DNA of 60,035 bases from Actinomycetota bacterium (GCA_041179545.1 JBEGTF010000004.1:1-60035), one strand, 5' to 3'; positions 42,786 to 54,429 are shown, counted from the stretch's first letter. Numbers and translations: made by a program. The notes: generated by a model not told the origin, from the letters alone.

Positions 42786-43772
42786 TTAGTTAGCTTTTGC
42801 TTTCTTTCGGTTCGCTGCAACCACGCTTACAATCGCGGAAACCGCAATCGAAGCAACAATGACAACTAGCGAGGTATTGCTGCTAATTTCGGGGGCCCAT
42901 TCGATGTGCTTACCACCGTTAATGAACGGAAGTTCATTCACATGCATAGCGTGAGCCACCAGCTTGAAGCCGATGAATCCAAGAATGAATGCAATTCCGT
43001 ACTTTAGGTATTCGAGCTTGTCTAGAAGACCGCCCAGCAAGAAGTAAAGCTGGCGAAGACCCATCAAAGCGAAAACGTTTGCGGTGAACACGATGAATGG
43101 ATCGGTGGTAATTCCGAAGATTGCAGGAATTGAGTCAAACGCAAACATCACATCGGTGAGGGCAATTGCAGCAAAAACCACAATCATCGGTGTGAAAACT
43201 TTTTTACCATTTACAACCGTTCGCACCTTGGCACCATCGAACCCGTCGGAAACGTGGATGCGCTTTCTAAGAAGCTGAATTAGCTTGCTTTCAGTCTCTT
43301 CCTCGTCTTCGTGACTGCGGAATGCTTGGTGGTAAGCGGTGTAAAGAAGGAACGCTCCAAAGATGTAGAAGATCCAGCTGAACTGTTCGATAAGCGCAGC
43401 GCCTATTACGATAAAAATTCCTCGAAGGATCAGGGCTAGAACAACTCCAACCATCAGAACTTCTTGCTGATATTTCTTTGGCACGGCAAAGCGAGTCATG
43501 ATGATTACAAAAACAAACAGGTTGTCAATGCTGAGGCTGTACTCGGTTAGCCAGCCGGCGAAGAATTCCGTAGCTTTTGTGGCACCAAAAAGTTGGGCGA
43601 TGATGATTCCGAAAATAACCGCAAGACCGGCGTAGAAGGCAACCCAAAGTGACGATTCCTTAGTGCTTGGAATATGGGGTCTCTTAAATACGATCAGAAG
43701 GTCAGCCAGCAAAATGCCGGTGATTACAACCATCGAAATGACTTCGAACCAGAAGTAGGAATTTTCGCTCAT
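42786..43772 (-). CDS. TerC/Alx family membrane protein
   Basis: EYSLSIDNLFVF, DVMFAFDSIPAIF and NVFALMGLRQLYF motifs. Confidence 0.95.
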   Translation of the reverse strand: MSENSYFWFEVISMVVITGILLADLLIVFKRPHIPSTKESSLWVAFYAGLAVIFGIIIAQLFGATKATEFFAGWLTEYSLSIDNLFVFVIIMTRFAVPKKYQQEVLMVGVVLALILRGIFIVIGAALIEQFSWIFYIFGAFLLYTAYHQAFRSHEDEEETESKLIQLLRKRIHVSDGFDGAKVRTVVNGKKVFTPMIVVFAAIALTDVMFAFDSIPAIFGITTDPFIVFTANVFALMGLRQLYFLLGGLLDKLEYLKYGIAFILGFIGFKLVAHAMHVNELPFINGGKHIEWAPEISSNTSLVVIVASIAVSAIVSVVAANRKKAKAN

Positions 43773-43784
43773 AGTGGTTCCAGT

Positions 43785-44180
43785 CTATTTGCTAGTTTTG
43801 CTCCATGCCTCTGTTGACCACAGGGCCCAAAGCATAAGTAGGGGCTGAAAAAGAAGTCTGATGGCTCGAGCTTCATCGGTGTTTAAGCCAAAAGCATCAG
43901 TCTGGGTCAGAAATTGAGAAATATTTCCAGGAAAAATTGCTAGGAAGAAACCTGCGGTTAGCCACCCAACTAACTTTCTATGCTTCTTCAGAAAAATGAG
44001 GGCAATACCTAAACCGATTTCGACCAAGCCTGACGAGATCACAACAAAGTCTGGATCTAATGGCAACCAGGAAGGAACCTGTGCTTGAAATGTAAGTCGC
44101 GCAAACGTCAGGTGACTCGAGCCCGCAAAGAATAGGGCTCCGCCCAGCAAAAGCCGGGCCAATGTTTTGATTGTGCGCAT
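43785..44180 (-). CDS. DoxX-like membrane protein
   Basis: AGSSHL, VPSWLP, SGLVEI, AIFPGNI and RLLFQP motifs. Confidence 0.85.
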   Translation of the reverse strand: MRTIKTLARLLLGGALFFAGSSHLTFARLTFQAQVPSWLPLDPDFVVISSGLVEIGLGIALIFLKKHRKLVGWLTAGFFLAIFPGNISQFLTQTDAFGLNTDEARAIRLLFQPLLMLWALWSTEAWSKTSK

Positions 44181-44237
44181 GACTGCAAGTTAGCACAGTC
44201 ACTCATTTAGACTGAGAGGCGTTGCTGTGAGCCGCAT

Positions 44238-44313
44238 GCCCTCGTAGCTCAGTGGATAGAGCAAGAGCCTTCTAATCTCTTGGTCGCAGGTTCGATTCCT
44301 GCCGAGGGCGCCA
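44238..44313 (+). tRNA. tRNA-Arg (TCT)
   Basis: GCCCTCGTAGCTCAGTGGATAGAGCAAGAGCCTTCTAATCTCTTGGTCGCAGGTTCGATTCCTGCCGAGGGCGCCA cloverleaf. Confidence 0.96.
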
Positions 44314-44314
44314 A

Positions 44315-44629
44315 ATGAATAAAAGAATCGACTTAGTAGAGCAGTATTTAGCGGCCTACGCCGCTAAGGATATCGGCGCAATCTCGGAATTGATATCCAG
44401 CGATGTGAAATTGCAAGACTGGAACATCCAAGGCTCAGGCGCTGCATTCTTTTTGGCGGAGACGGCAAAAAACTTCGATGAAGCCCAGGATATTCGCATC
44501 GAGATTCTTGCACTTCACGAATCAGACTCGGCGATTGCCGCTCAACTTCATATCGAGTTGGACGGTGGTGCCGTGGCAAATTTGCTGCAAAATCAGGAGC
44601 CAATCGAGTCAAATAGCCCATCAGCTTAG
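44315..44629 (+). CDS. SnoaL/NTF2-like protein; native C-terminus lost at about 44576
   Basis: YLAAYAAKDIGAISELISSDVKLQDW is an NTF2-like start; after LDGGAV the frame reads antisense into the SDR gene. Confidence 0.7.
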   Translation: MNKRIDLVEQYLAAYAAKDIGAISELISSDVKLQDWNIQGSGAAFFLAETAKNFDEAQDIRIEILALHESDSAIAAQLHIELDGGAVANLLQNQEPIESNSPSA

Positions 44630-45356
44630 AATCGCTGCCTACGTAAATGCGGTGAGCTTTGGCTTCAATCGCATCGACGATCAGTTTGCCGGCAACCGAT
44701 GGCGAAGTGACGCGAGCCGCCGCTTTCTTTTGCGCTTCGGTCAATTCCCCTGAGCCAAAGCTCACTCCAGAGTTCGCAGTTATGTTTGTCCCAATGGCGC
44801 CCGGCCAAACCAAAGTAAGTCCAACATTGGTTTCTTTTAATTCTGAACGAAGGCCCTCGGTGAGCATGTTTAGCGCGGCCTTGGTGGAACCGTAAAGTGT
44901 CTGGCCTGGTACAGGAGCATACGAACCCATGGAAGACACATTCAAAATGTGTGCTTCAGGCCGAGCAAGAAGCCCAGGTAGGAAAGCTTTGATCATGTTT
45001 AGTGGACCGTTGAAATTCACATTCATGACGCGATCTATTGCTTCAAAGTCGAGTTCGTTAATTTTTACAAAAGGCTGAATGATACCGGCAACGTTTATCA
45101 GGGCATCGATTTTTCCAAGCTCGGTTTCAATTTCAGCTGGGAGAGCATCAACCCGGTTGCGATCCGTGATGTTGGCATCGAAGCCTAAAAAATTCTTTGC
45201 GTTCTCGCCGGCAAGGCTTTTGGTTTCTTCAAGAAACTCGTGCTTGAGGTCTAGGCCGGCAACTTTCGCACCACGGCGAAGAAGCTCAAGTGCCACCTCG
45301 CGACCGATTCCGTTTCCGGCACCCGTCACAACAATTGTTTTTCCGTGCACCTTCAT
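44364..45356 (-). CDS. Short-chain dehydrogenase/reductase; native 3' end lost at about 44577
   Basis: TGAGNGIG, NVAGI, NVSS and YGSTK motifs; after APDFAANL the frame reads antisense through the SnoaL gene. Confidence 0.88.
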   Translation of the reverse strand: MKVHGKTIVVTGAGNGIGREVALELLRRGAKVAGLDLKHEFLEETKSLAGENAKNFLGFDANITDRNRVDALPAEIETELGKIDALINVAGIIQPFVKINELDFEAIDRVMNVNFNGPLNMIKAFLPGLLARPEAHILNVSSMGSYAPVPGQTLYGSTKAALNMLTEGLRSELKETNVGLTLVWPGAIGTNITANSGVSFGSGELTEAQKKAAARVTSPSVAGKLIVDAIEAKAHRIYVGSDSKLMGYLTRLAPDFAANLPRHHRPTRYEVERQSPSLIREVQESRCEYPGLHRSFLPSPPKRMQRLSLGCSSLAISHRWISIPRLRRYP

Positions 45357-45368
45357 TGAATCTCCTTT

Positions 45369-47216
<1,848 letters not shown>

Positions 47217-47220
47217 GCGA

Positions 47221-47712
47221 CTAGAGCGCAAATTCCCCTAGGTCCACGCCAAGATAATCGGCAATCACGTCGGTGACTAATTTGTGGTCATCGCGTTGAG
47301 GTAACCCTGAAATTGTTGCCGTGGCAACTATTCCTTCACCGCTGACGCGAATAGGGAAGCAGCCACCATGCCAGGCGTAGTCTTGCTCATCAAGGCTTTC
47401 TACCCGGTCTATTGCCCCGGCAAACTTGATTTCTAATCCAACAAGGTAAGAGCTCGTGTGCATGAGGTTTACTAGATTGCGCTTACGTCTGGCCCAATCG
47501 GCATTAATAGCAGTTGCTCCAGGCATGCAACTAAAGAAAAGAACTTCTTCACCTCGACGAATGTCGATTGCTACGCCGGTTGGATATTTAGCTGCCTCAA
47601 TCCTTAGAGCGTTGCCCAGCGACCAGGCATCGCTCTCATCAAAAGACCTAAAGACCAACAGTTCCTCTTGTTTGATTACTTTTTGAATGTCCGATTCGCG
47701 TGGTTCGTTCAT
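47221..47712 (-). CDS. Heme-degrading domain protein (UPF0303/DUF336)
   Basis: WARRKRN, HGGCFPI and ISGLPQRDDH motifs. Confidence 0.88.
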   Translation of the reverse strand: MNEPRESDIQKVIKQEELLVFRSFDESDAWSLGNALRIEAAKYPTGVAIDIRRGEEVLFFSCMPGATAINADWARRKRNLVNLMHTSSYLVGLEIKFAGAIDRVESLDEQDYAWHGGCFPIRVSGEGIVATATISGLPQRDDHKLVTDVIADYLGVDLGEFAL

Positions 47713-48185
47713 TACGCCACCGGCCCTTTGTTGAAGTGTTCGAAGACCATGTTGGTTCGAGTCGAAGCCACGGTGGCATTGCTCGAAAGGTTTTCAAGCA
47801 CAAATTCACGGACGTGGTCATTGTCCCGAACTGCGAGATGAACTATGAAATCTTCTGAGCCCCCTAAGAAAAACACCTGGATTACTTCAGGCAGCGAGCG
47901 CATCTCATTCATGAAATCTGCCAGATGAGACCTGGCCCCGGCACGAAGCGATACAGAAATCAAAACTTGACTAGCCAAACCAACAGAGGCTGGATTGATG
48001 TTGGCACTAAATCCAGTTATGACTCCTCGGCTAACCAGTGACCGAACTCGAGTGATGCAGGTCGAAGGAGCGATTCCGGCCGCCTCTGCAAGATCAGCGT
48101 TCGTGATTCGGGCGTTTTGATTCAGCAGCTTCAACAGCTCAAGGTCAATCTCGTCTAATTCAGCCTGCAGATTATTCGTTGCCAT
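47712..48185 (-). CDS. aldR: Lrp/AsnC regulator, probable AldR
   Basis: LDEIDLELL...NARITNADLA HTH; divergent from ald. Confidence 0.88.
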   Translation of the reverse strand: MATNNLQAELDEIDLELLKLLNQNARITNADLAEAAGIAPSTCITRVRSLVSRGVITGFSANINPASVGLASQVLISVSLRAGARSHLADFMNEMRSLPEVIQVFFLGGSEDFIVHLAVRDNDHVREFVLENLSSNATVASTRTNMVFEHFNKGPVA

Positions 48186-48308
48186 TGGCCAGATTCCCTT
48201 CAAAAATGAATTTCTTAGAAAATATTAGGTCAATTTTGGCAGAAAATACGGTCTTTACACGAATGTAACGTAATACCTGCAGTATTTACCTGAAAGAAGG
48301 AGCAAATC

Positions 48309-49427
48309 ATGCGCGTAGGCATTCCAACCGAAATCAAGAACAACGAAAACCGAGTGGCGATTACGCCAGCGGGCGTTCACGAACTTGTTCGTCGAGGTCA
48401 CGAGGTCTTTATCCAGGCTGGGGCGGGAATCGGTTCAGGATTTGAAGATTCTGATTTTGAAACCCAAGGCGCAAAGATGCTTGCAACCGCAGAAGAAACC
48501 TGGGCTGCCGGTGACCTTCTGCTAAAAGTAAAAGAGCCCATCAAGGCAGAGTACAAGTTGATGCGTCGTGATCAAGTCCTGTTCACTTACCTTCACCTAG
48601 CCGCGTCTCGCGAATGCACCGATGCCCTTCTAGCGTCTGGAACTACAGCGATTGCTTACGAGACCGTGCAGTTGCCTAACCGTGCCTTGCCGCTGCTACA
48701 GCCAATGAGTGAAGTTGCCGGTCGTCTGTCTGCGCAAATCGGCGCCTACCAGCTCATGAAAAATGAAGGTGGTCGTGGGGTGCTTATGGGGGGTGTTCCA
48801 GGGGCGCCGAAAGCGAAGGTCGTTGTGATCGGTGGTGGAGTTGCCGGCGAGCACGCAGCGACAATGGCGCTGGGCATGCAGGCGGAAGTAACCGTTATTG
48901 ACATCTCGTTGCCAAAACTTCGCGAACTTGATGCGCGTTTTGGTGGCCACGTTCGCACTCGTGTATCGACAGCCTTAGAAATTGCCGAGCAGCTAAAGGA
49001 AGCCGACCTTGTTATCGGATCTGTTTTGATTCCAGGAGAAAAAGCACCAAAGCTGGTAACAGACGCGATGGTGAAGACAATGAAGCCTGGCTCAGTGCTT
49101 GTTGATATCGCCATCGATCAGGGTGGTTGTTTCGAAAATTCAAAGCCAACGACACACGATGACCCAACCTACAAAGTTCACAACAGTGTTTACTACTGCG
49201 TGGCAAACATGCCAGGAGCTGTTCCTGCAACATCTACTCGCGCACTGACCAACGCGACGTTGCCTTATGTCGTTGCTCTTGCAGACAAAGGATGGAAGGC
49301 TGCATTGGCTGGGGATGAGTCTCTTGCTAAAGGGCTGAACGTGCACGATGGAAAAGTGACTTACTCAGGAGTACTGCACGCTTTCCCAGAACTGCCTTTC
49401 CAAGACTTGCACGAAGCAATCGCCTAA
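48309..49427 (+). CDS. ald: Alanine dehydrogenase
   Basis: PTEIKNNENRV, KVKEP, FTYLHLA, DIAIDQGG and VANMPGAVP motifs. Confidence 0.98.
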   Translation: MRVGIPTEIKNNENRVAITPAGVHELVRRGHEVFIQAGAGIGSGFEDSDFETQGAKMLATAEETWAAGDLLLKVKEPIKAEYKLMRRDQVLFTYLHLAASRECTDALLASGTTAIAYETVQLPNRALPLLQPMSEVAGRLSAQIGAYQLMKNEGGRGVLMGGVPGAPKAKVVVIGGGVAGEHAATMALGMQAEVTVIDISLPKLRELDARFGGHVRTRVSTALEIAEQLKEADLVIGSVLIPGEKAPKLVTDAMVKTMKPGSVLVDIAIDQGGCFENSKPTTHDDPTYKVHNSVYYCVANMPGAVPATSTRALTNATLPYVVALADKGWKAALAGDESLAKGLNVHDGKVTYSGVLHAFPELPFQDLHEAIA

Positions 49428-49436
49428 AGGATATGC

Positions 49437-50447
49437 CTATGCGGGCTGCTGCTGTGTGATGCAGTGGATTCCGCCGCCACGGGCAAAAAGAGCGCGGGCA
49501 TCAACTAAGACAATTTTTCTATCCGGGTAAACCTGCTGAAGAGTTTCCACGGCCAGAGAATCGTTGTCATCATTGAAGCCACATAAAATCACACCTCCAT
49601 TAACTAGGTAGTGATTTATGTAGCTGTAGTCAACAAACCCTTCTTCATCGCGCAAGATTTTTGGCGCGACCAGGGGGATTAGTTCGAAGCCGCCGTGCTC
49701 TTCAAGAGTCCTTTTTACCTCGTGACTAACCGAGTAATCCGGGTGGGTTGGATCTTCTTGACTGTGAAACAAAATTTTTGTGGGCGATGCAAAGCAAGCA
49801 ACTATATCGATATGTCCGCGGGTGCCGAATTCGTCATAATCGCGGGTAAGTCCTCGTCGAATCCAAATTGCCTCCGTGGTGCCTAGTTTTTCGTGGATTT
49901 CTTTTTCCACCTCATCGCGCGACCAGCTTGAATTGCGCCCCTCACCTAGCTGCACGGTTTCAGTAAGCAGAACGATGCCTGCACCATTTACGTGAATTCC
50001 ACCACCTTCATTAATGAGCGAGGAATCGAGTATTTTCTTGCCAGACATTTTTGTGATGATTGAGGCAACCTCGGAGTCTTTGTCCCACTTTGCCCAACTT
50101 TGCGCGCCCCAGCCATTGAAAACCCAGTTCACTCCGGCAACATCTCCTGCGGGATTTTTTACGAATGTCGGCCCGATATCGCGCATCCAGGCATCATTGA
50201 GTGGGGCCTCGACTATTTGAATTCGTGGATCTAAATATTCTCTAGCTGTGTCCATTGCACTGTTTTCACAAAGCATGGAAACCGGTTCAAACTCTATGAC
50301 CGCGTTTGCAACTGCCGCCCAAGTTGAGCGTGCCTCGTGGCGCTGCTCTTCTGTGTCGCCGAGTGTGTACCCCGATGAGGGCCAAGCCATCCACGTGCGC
50401 TCGTGGCGATCCCACTCGGCGGGCATAAACCAATCGGGTTTTGACAT
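49437..50447 (-). CDS. aguA: Agmatine deiminase
   Basis: MPAEW, WMRDIGP, EGGG, GHID, SYINHY and GGGIHCITQQQP motifs. Confidence 0.95.
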   Translation of the reverse strand: MSKPDWFMPAEWDRHERTWMAWPSSGYTLGDTEEQRHEARSTWAAVANAVIEFEPVSMLCENSAMDTAREYLDPRIQIVEAPLNDAWMRDIGPTFVKNPAGDVAGVNWVFNGWGAQSWAKWDKDSEVASIITKMSGKKILDSSLINEGGGIHVNGAGIVLLTETVQLGEGRNSSWSRDEVEKEIHEKLGTTEAIWIRRGLTRDYDEFGTRGHIDIVACFASPTKILFHSQEDPTHPDYSVSHEVKRTLEEHGGFELIPLVAPKILRDEEGFVDYSYINHYLVNGGVILCGFNDDNDSLAVETLQQVYPDRKIVLVDARALFARGGGIHCITQQQPA

Positions 50448-51446
50448 TTAGTAACTGACTCCCGCGATGCCACCGTCTTCGCCATCGCCACTTTCCGTGC
50501 GTCGATTTACCACCGGTTCGCCTAGCATCCCGTAAGTATCCGGTCTGCGAGTAGCAAGAAATGGGAACAGGTCAAGCCAGTCGCGTCTTTGATCCAAATC
50601 AAGGTCTGTGACTAAGACTTCATCACCTTCGCGCTCGGCACGAGCAAGGATGCGACCATACGGATCGCAGATGAAACTGCTTCCGTAAAAATTAAGTGCA
50701 CCTTCGTTTCCATATCTATTTGGAACAATCATGAATGTGCCGTTTGCGATGGCGTGACCTACGATTACCTGACGCCAAAGCGGTTCGGTATCAAATTCCG
50801 GGTGATCCGGCTCTGAACCAATTGCCGTTGGGTAGACCAAGACTTCTGCTCCACGCAAGCTGTAATTTCTTGCGACTTCTGGAAACCATTCATCCCAGCA
50901 CGTTGGCAGACCAAATTGTGCATCAACATCGTTGAACTCAAGATCGTACACAGGGTATGGCTCCCTATCAGCTGGACCCGGTGCGAAATATTTGTCTTCG
51001 TAGTAGCCGGCTGTAACAGGTATGTGAAGTTTTGGAGTCCTGGCAACTATTGCGCCTTCTGGGTTGACGATTATTGCAGTGTTTAGTGCCCGACCATCAG
51101 GCATGTCCTGGTACTCATAGAGCGAAGCGTGAACGTACACATTGTTAGCGCGCGCCGCTGCCGCAGCAAATGCGTGCGTTGGTCCACCCTCAAGCTTTTC
51201 AGCAATTGAGTTGGGCGTTCCGTTTGGTAATTGATCGGCGGGGTAGCGGCTAAGTGTGAGTTCTTGAAGGCAGACAATTTGAGCACCATTTTCCGCTGCG
51301 AGGCGAATGCCTTCATTTAATTTGGCTAGGTGTTCACCTAGGTTCTCATGCCACTTGGTTTGCACGAGTGCGACTCGAAGAGATGAGCGACTTGAAGCTT
51401 TGACCCTCGACAAAGACTGCAAGGCGGGAGTGACTGTAACTTTCAC
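50448..51446 (-). CDS. aguB: N-carbamoylputrescine amidase-type C-N hydrolase
   Basis: Nitrilase triad LQEL / KLHIP / CWDEWFPE plus YPTAIGSEP; adjacent to aguA. Confidence 0.85.
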   Translation of the reverse strand: MKVTVTPALQSLSRVKASSRSSLRVALVQTKWHENLGEHLAKLNEGIRLAAENGAQIVCLQELTLSRYPADQLPNGTPNSIAEKLEGGPTHAFAAAAARANNVYVHASLYEYQDMPDGRALNTAIIVNPEGAIVARTPKLHIPVTAGYYEDKYFAPGPADREPYPVYDLEFNDVDAQFGLPTCWDEWFPEVARNYSLRGAEVLVYPTAIGSEPDHPEFDTEPLWRQVIVGHAIANGTFMIVPNRYGNEGALNFYGSSFICDPYGRILARAEREGDEVLVTDLDLDQRRDWLDLFPFLATRRPDTYGMLGEPVVNRRTESGDGEDGGIAGVSY

Positions 51447-51449
51447 GAT

Positions 51450-52817
51450 CTAACTTTCTTCATCCATGCTTTCAAGTATTGCTTTCAGAGAACTGAGCTC
51501 TGTTCGAGGGTTCACGATAGCAAACCTTGCGTTCGGTTCACCTTGGTGTGAACTCGGAACCACAAACGCTTCTCCTCGAGCTAATAGTTTTTCCGACCAA
51601 GAATCATAATCATTCAATGCCCAACCTTTTTTTGTGAAGACGACCACTGAAAGTTCAGGTTCGCGAACCAATTCCAAATCGGACTTTCCTCTAATGATCT
51701 CTGCAATTTGCTTTGCAAGCTCTATGTTTTTGCGAACTCCCTCTCGGTAGGCCGCGACTCCATGCGTGGCCAAAGAGAACCAAAGGGGTAGACCGCGTGG
51801 ACGGCGAGTTAGGTTGTAGGCATAGTCGGAGGGGTTCCAGTCACCAGACTCGGTTAGAGTCTCAAGGTATTCCCCGTGTTGGGTGTGTGCCGCTCTGGCA
51901 AGTTCTGGGGATCTGTATATCAAAGCGCATGCATCAAACGGGGCAAATAACCACTTGTGCGGGTCAACAATAAAACTGTCGGCTTTTTCAATACCCGCAA
52001 AAATCGGTTTAGTCTCGGTAGAAAGTATTCCGGCAAGCCCGTAGGCACCATCCACGTGGAACCAAATCTGATTTTCCTTCGCTACATCTGCAATTTCGTC
52101 GATCTTGTCAACGATTCCAAAGTTTGTTGTGCCAGCCGTTGCAACTATCGCAAATACACCTTCGCCTGCGCTCTGTAGCGCGTTTGATACCGAAGAACCG
52201 CGAAGATGTCCAGTTTCATCCACCGGAGCCTTGATTATCTCGACATCCATCACAGCTGCTGCGGATTTTAATGAAGAGTGTGCTTCAGCAGAGCAGATGA
52301 ATTTCCATTTAGTTGGCAATGGTTTTCCAGCGGAAATGAGTTTTTGCGATGCGGAATGTCTAGCAGCAACTAGTGCGCTCAAATTTCCAAGGGTGCCGCC
52401 TTGAACAAAAACTCCCCCCGCGCCTTTGGGTAACCCTGCCTCATCTGCCAACCAAGAAAGCACTTCGTTTTCAGCAAATACGGCACCAGCACCCTCCATC
52501 CACGATCCACCGTAAATTGCAGATGCCGAGACAATCAGATCAAACAGCTTTGACGCTTCGGTAGGTGCAGATGGAATGAAAGAAAGATAGTTTGGGTGAT
52601 CGGTTGAAATAGTCGATGGGGCCAGGACCTCGCTAAAAATTTCTAACGCTTTTGAGCCACCAATGCCGCTCTCTGAGATTGTTTTTCCGGCGTTCTTTTG
52701 CAGCCATTCGGGTGACTGTGGGCCGTCGAGTGGGGCCGGATCGTATTCGAGCCTTCGTCTTGCGTATGCGAATACTTCCTCGCGCAGTTTTATTGAGTCT
52801 TCATTGACTTCGTGCAT
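51450..52817 (-). CDS. Group II PLP-dependent amino acid decarboxylase
   Basis: GGTLGNL, AHSSL, TAGTT, HVDGAYG and DPHKWLF (PLP Lys); TAGGCT lies 6 nt before ATG 52817. Confidence 0.92.
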   Translation of the reverse strand: MHEVNEDSIKLREEVFAYARRRLEYDPAPLDGPQSPEWLQKNAGKTISESGIGGSKALEIFSEVLAPSTISTDHPNYLSFIPSAPTEASKLFDLIVSASAIYGGSWMEGAGAVFAENEVLSWLADEAGLPKGAGGVFVQGGTLGNLSALVAARHSASQKLISAGKPLPTKWKFICSAEAHSSLKSAAAVMDVEIIKAPVDETGHLRGSSVSNALQSAGEGVFAIVATAGTTNFGIVDKIDEIADVAKENQIWFHVDGAYGLAGILSTETKPIFAGIEKADSFIVDPHKWLFAPFDACALIYRSPELARAAHTQHGEYLETLTESGDWNPSDYAYNLTRRPRGLPLWFSLATHGVAAYREGVRKNIELAKQIAEIIRGKSDLELVREPELSVVVFTKKGWALNDYDSWSEKLLARGEAFVVPSSHQGEPNARFAIVNPRTELSSLKAILESMDEES

Positions 52818-52826
52818 ATCCAAAGC

Positions 52827-53060
52827 CTACTTTTGTTTTTTTCTTCGCACGAATGAAGCTGCAAAACCTAACACCGATAGAGAAAGCAGTACCCAGGATC
52901 CGATTTGACGGTCCCTAGCAATGGATTCGCAAGATGTCCAACCTTCGGTCTGCACATCCACGCAAGTGCTTGGATCAAAAAGCCCAATGATGGAAGCAAA
53001 AACACCTACTAAGGCGACGGTTGCGACCATTGCCATTGAGTTGTTCTGAATTTTTACCAT
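52827..53060 (-). CDS. Small two-TM membrane protein with a Cys pair in the loop
   Basis: 77 aa; two hydrophobic helices flanking C-x9-C; basic tail; tightly packed in the operon. Confidence 0.7.
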   Translation of the reverse strand: MVKIQNNSMAMVATVALVGVFASIIGLFDPSTCVDVQTEGWTSCESIARDRQIGSWVLLSLSVLGFAASFVRRKKQK

Positions 53061-53068
53061 GCCTAGCC

Positions 53069-53461
53069 TTAGGCCTGCGGTTCGGAAACGTCGCCGAAAT
53101 CTCCGCCTTGCGACTCAATTTCTTGGCGAATCTCATCCATGTTCAAATCGCGCACGGCCTGAATTAGCTCCTCCAGTGCCGGGGCTGGTAAGGCACCAGC
53201 CTGATTGAACAGCAAGACTCCATCACGGAACACCATGAGCGTTGGAATCGAGGTGATGCCTGCCTCGCCAGCGAGCTGAGTCTCAGCTTCGGTGTCCACT
53301 TTGCCGAATCGAATATCGGTGTGCTTTTCTGAAGCTGCCTCATAAACCGGCGCAAACTGCATGCAAGGTCCACACCATGCCGCCCAGAAATCTACAATCG
53401 TGATTCCTTCGTTTACCACGGTGTCACCAAATGTCTTGATTCCTAATTCAATGGTTGCCAA
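53069..53461 (-). CDS. Thioredoxin
   Basis: VDFWAAWCGPC and ITSIPTLMVF; probable TTG start (MATIEL). Confidence 0.94.
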   Translation of the reverse strand: MATIELGIKTFGDTVVNEGITIVDFWAAWCGPCMQFAPVYEAASEKHTDIRFGKVDTEAETQLAGEAGITSIPTLMVFRDGVLLFNQAGALPAPALEELIQAVRDLNMDEIRQEIESQGGDFGDVSEPQA

Positions 53462-54392
53462 GCGTTTTACCTCTCGAAATTTGAGCCACAATGATGCCTG
53501 CAATTACCAAAGTACCGCCGATTAGTTGCAAGAACTCCATTTTTTCACCCAACCACAAATAACCAAAAATGAAAGCAAATACAGTCTCCGCTGTAGAAAT
53601 GACCCCAACTGAAGTTGCTTTCAAGTGCCCCAGGGCGACAAAGCTAAAAAACATCGGAGCAAATGAACCGAGAACTCCAATCCAGATAATCAACAGCCAA
53701 GCTGGAACGAATATTCCTGCCAGATTTCCATCTAGATCGATAGCCTTTGAGGTTATCGATTGGTCGAAATCGCGCCAGTTGCTAAACAAAATCCAAAAGA
53801 CAGAGGAGACCAGCATTGTGTAAAAAAGTGTGGAAACGGGGTCTCTGGATTGCTGGCTTTTTTCGCCCATTATGAAGTAAACGCTCAGGAATATCGCTGC
53901 AGAAAATGCAAAGAGTATCCCGACTGGATTCAGCTGGCTGTCCCAAATTTTTGAGACGACCATAAGCCCTCCAAGAACTAACGCGACCCCGAACCACAGC
54001 TTGCGAGCTGGTCTCTCCTTGAAAAGCAGGAAGGAGGCTAGCGGCACAATAATGATTGCGGTGTACTCAATCAGTAGTGCAATTCCAACCGGCAGATTTT
54101 TCACAGCATTCGAATATGACCACTGCATAAGCGCCACTCCAATGACACCAAATGCAATTAGGAACTTCCATTCGTGTTTCTTGACTATGAAGCTTTTTGG
54201 ATTAGTAGCCATCATGATTAGGCAGGCGATCAGTGCGGTGGAAAAAGACCTGAACAGCACAATTTGTTCGGGAGAAACGCCGGCAGCCATGACAACTTTT
54301 GTTGTGCTGGCGTTCAATCCAAAAAGAAGTGCGGCGGAAAAGGCTAGAGCAGCACCGAAAGCTGGTCTTTTCGTTTTCACCAGGACACTCAT
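53448..54392 (-). CDS. EamA/DMT family transporter
   Basis: About 10 TM helices; LPVGIALLIEYTA and ETVFAFIFGYLWLGE motifs. Confidence 0.93.
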   Translation of the reverse strand: MSVLVKTKRPAFGAALAFSAALLFGLNASTTKVVMAAGVSPEQIVLFRSFSTALIACLIMMATNPKSFIVKKHEWKFLIAFGVIGVALMQWSYSNAVKNLPVGIALLIEYTAIIIVPLASFLLFKERPARKLWFGVALVLGGLMVVSKIWDSQLNPVGILFAFSAAIFLSVYFIMGEKSQQSRDPVSTLFYTMLVSSVFWILFSNWRDFDQSITSKAIDLDGNLAGIFVPAWLLIIWIGVLGSFAPMFFSFVALGHLKATSVGVISTAETVFAFIFGYLWLGEKMEFLQLIGGTLVIAGIIVAQISRGKTLGNH

Positions 54393-54429
54393 CTCTTATG
54401 CGGGCTCCGTGCCCGTCACAGCAGATTCA

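Noticed and set aside
43773-43800. yybP-ykoY manganese riboswitch upstream of the TerC gene
   Set aside because: Only 12 nt separate it from doxX, leaving no room.
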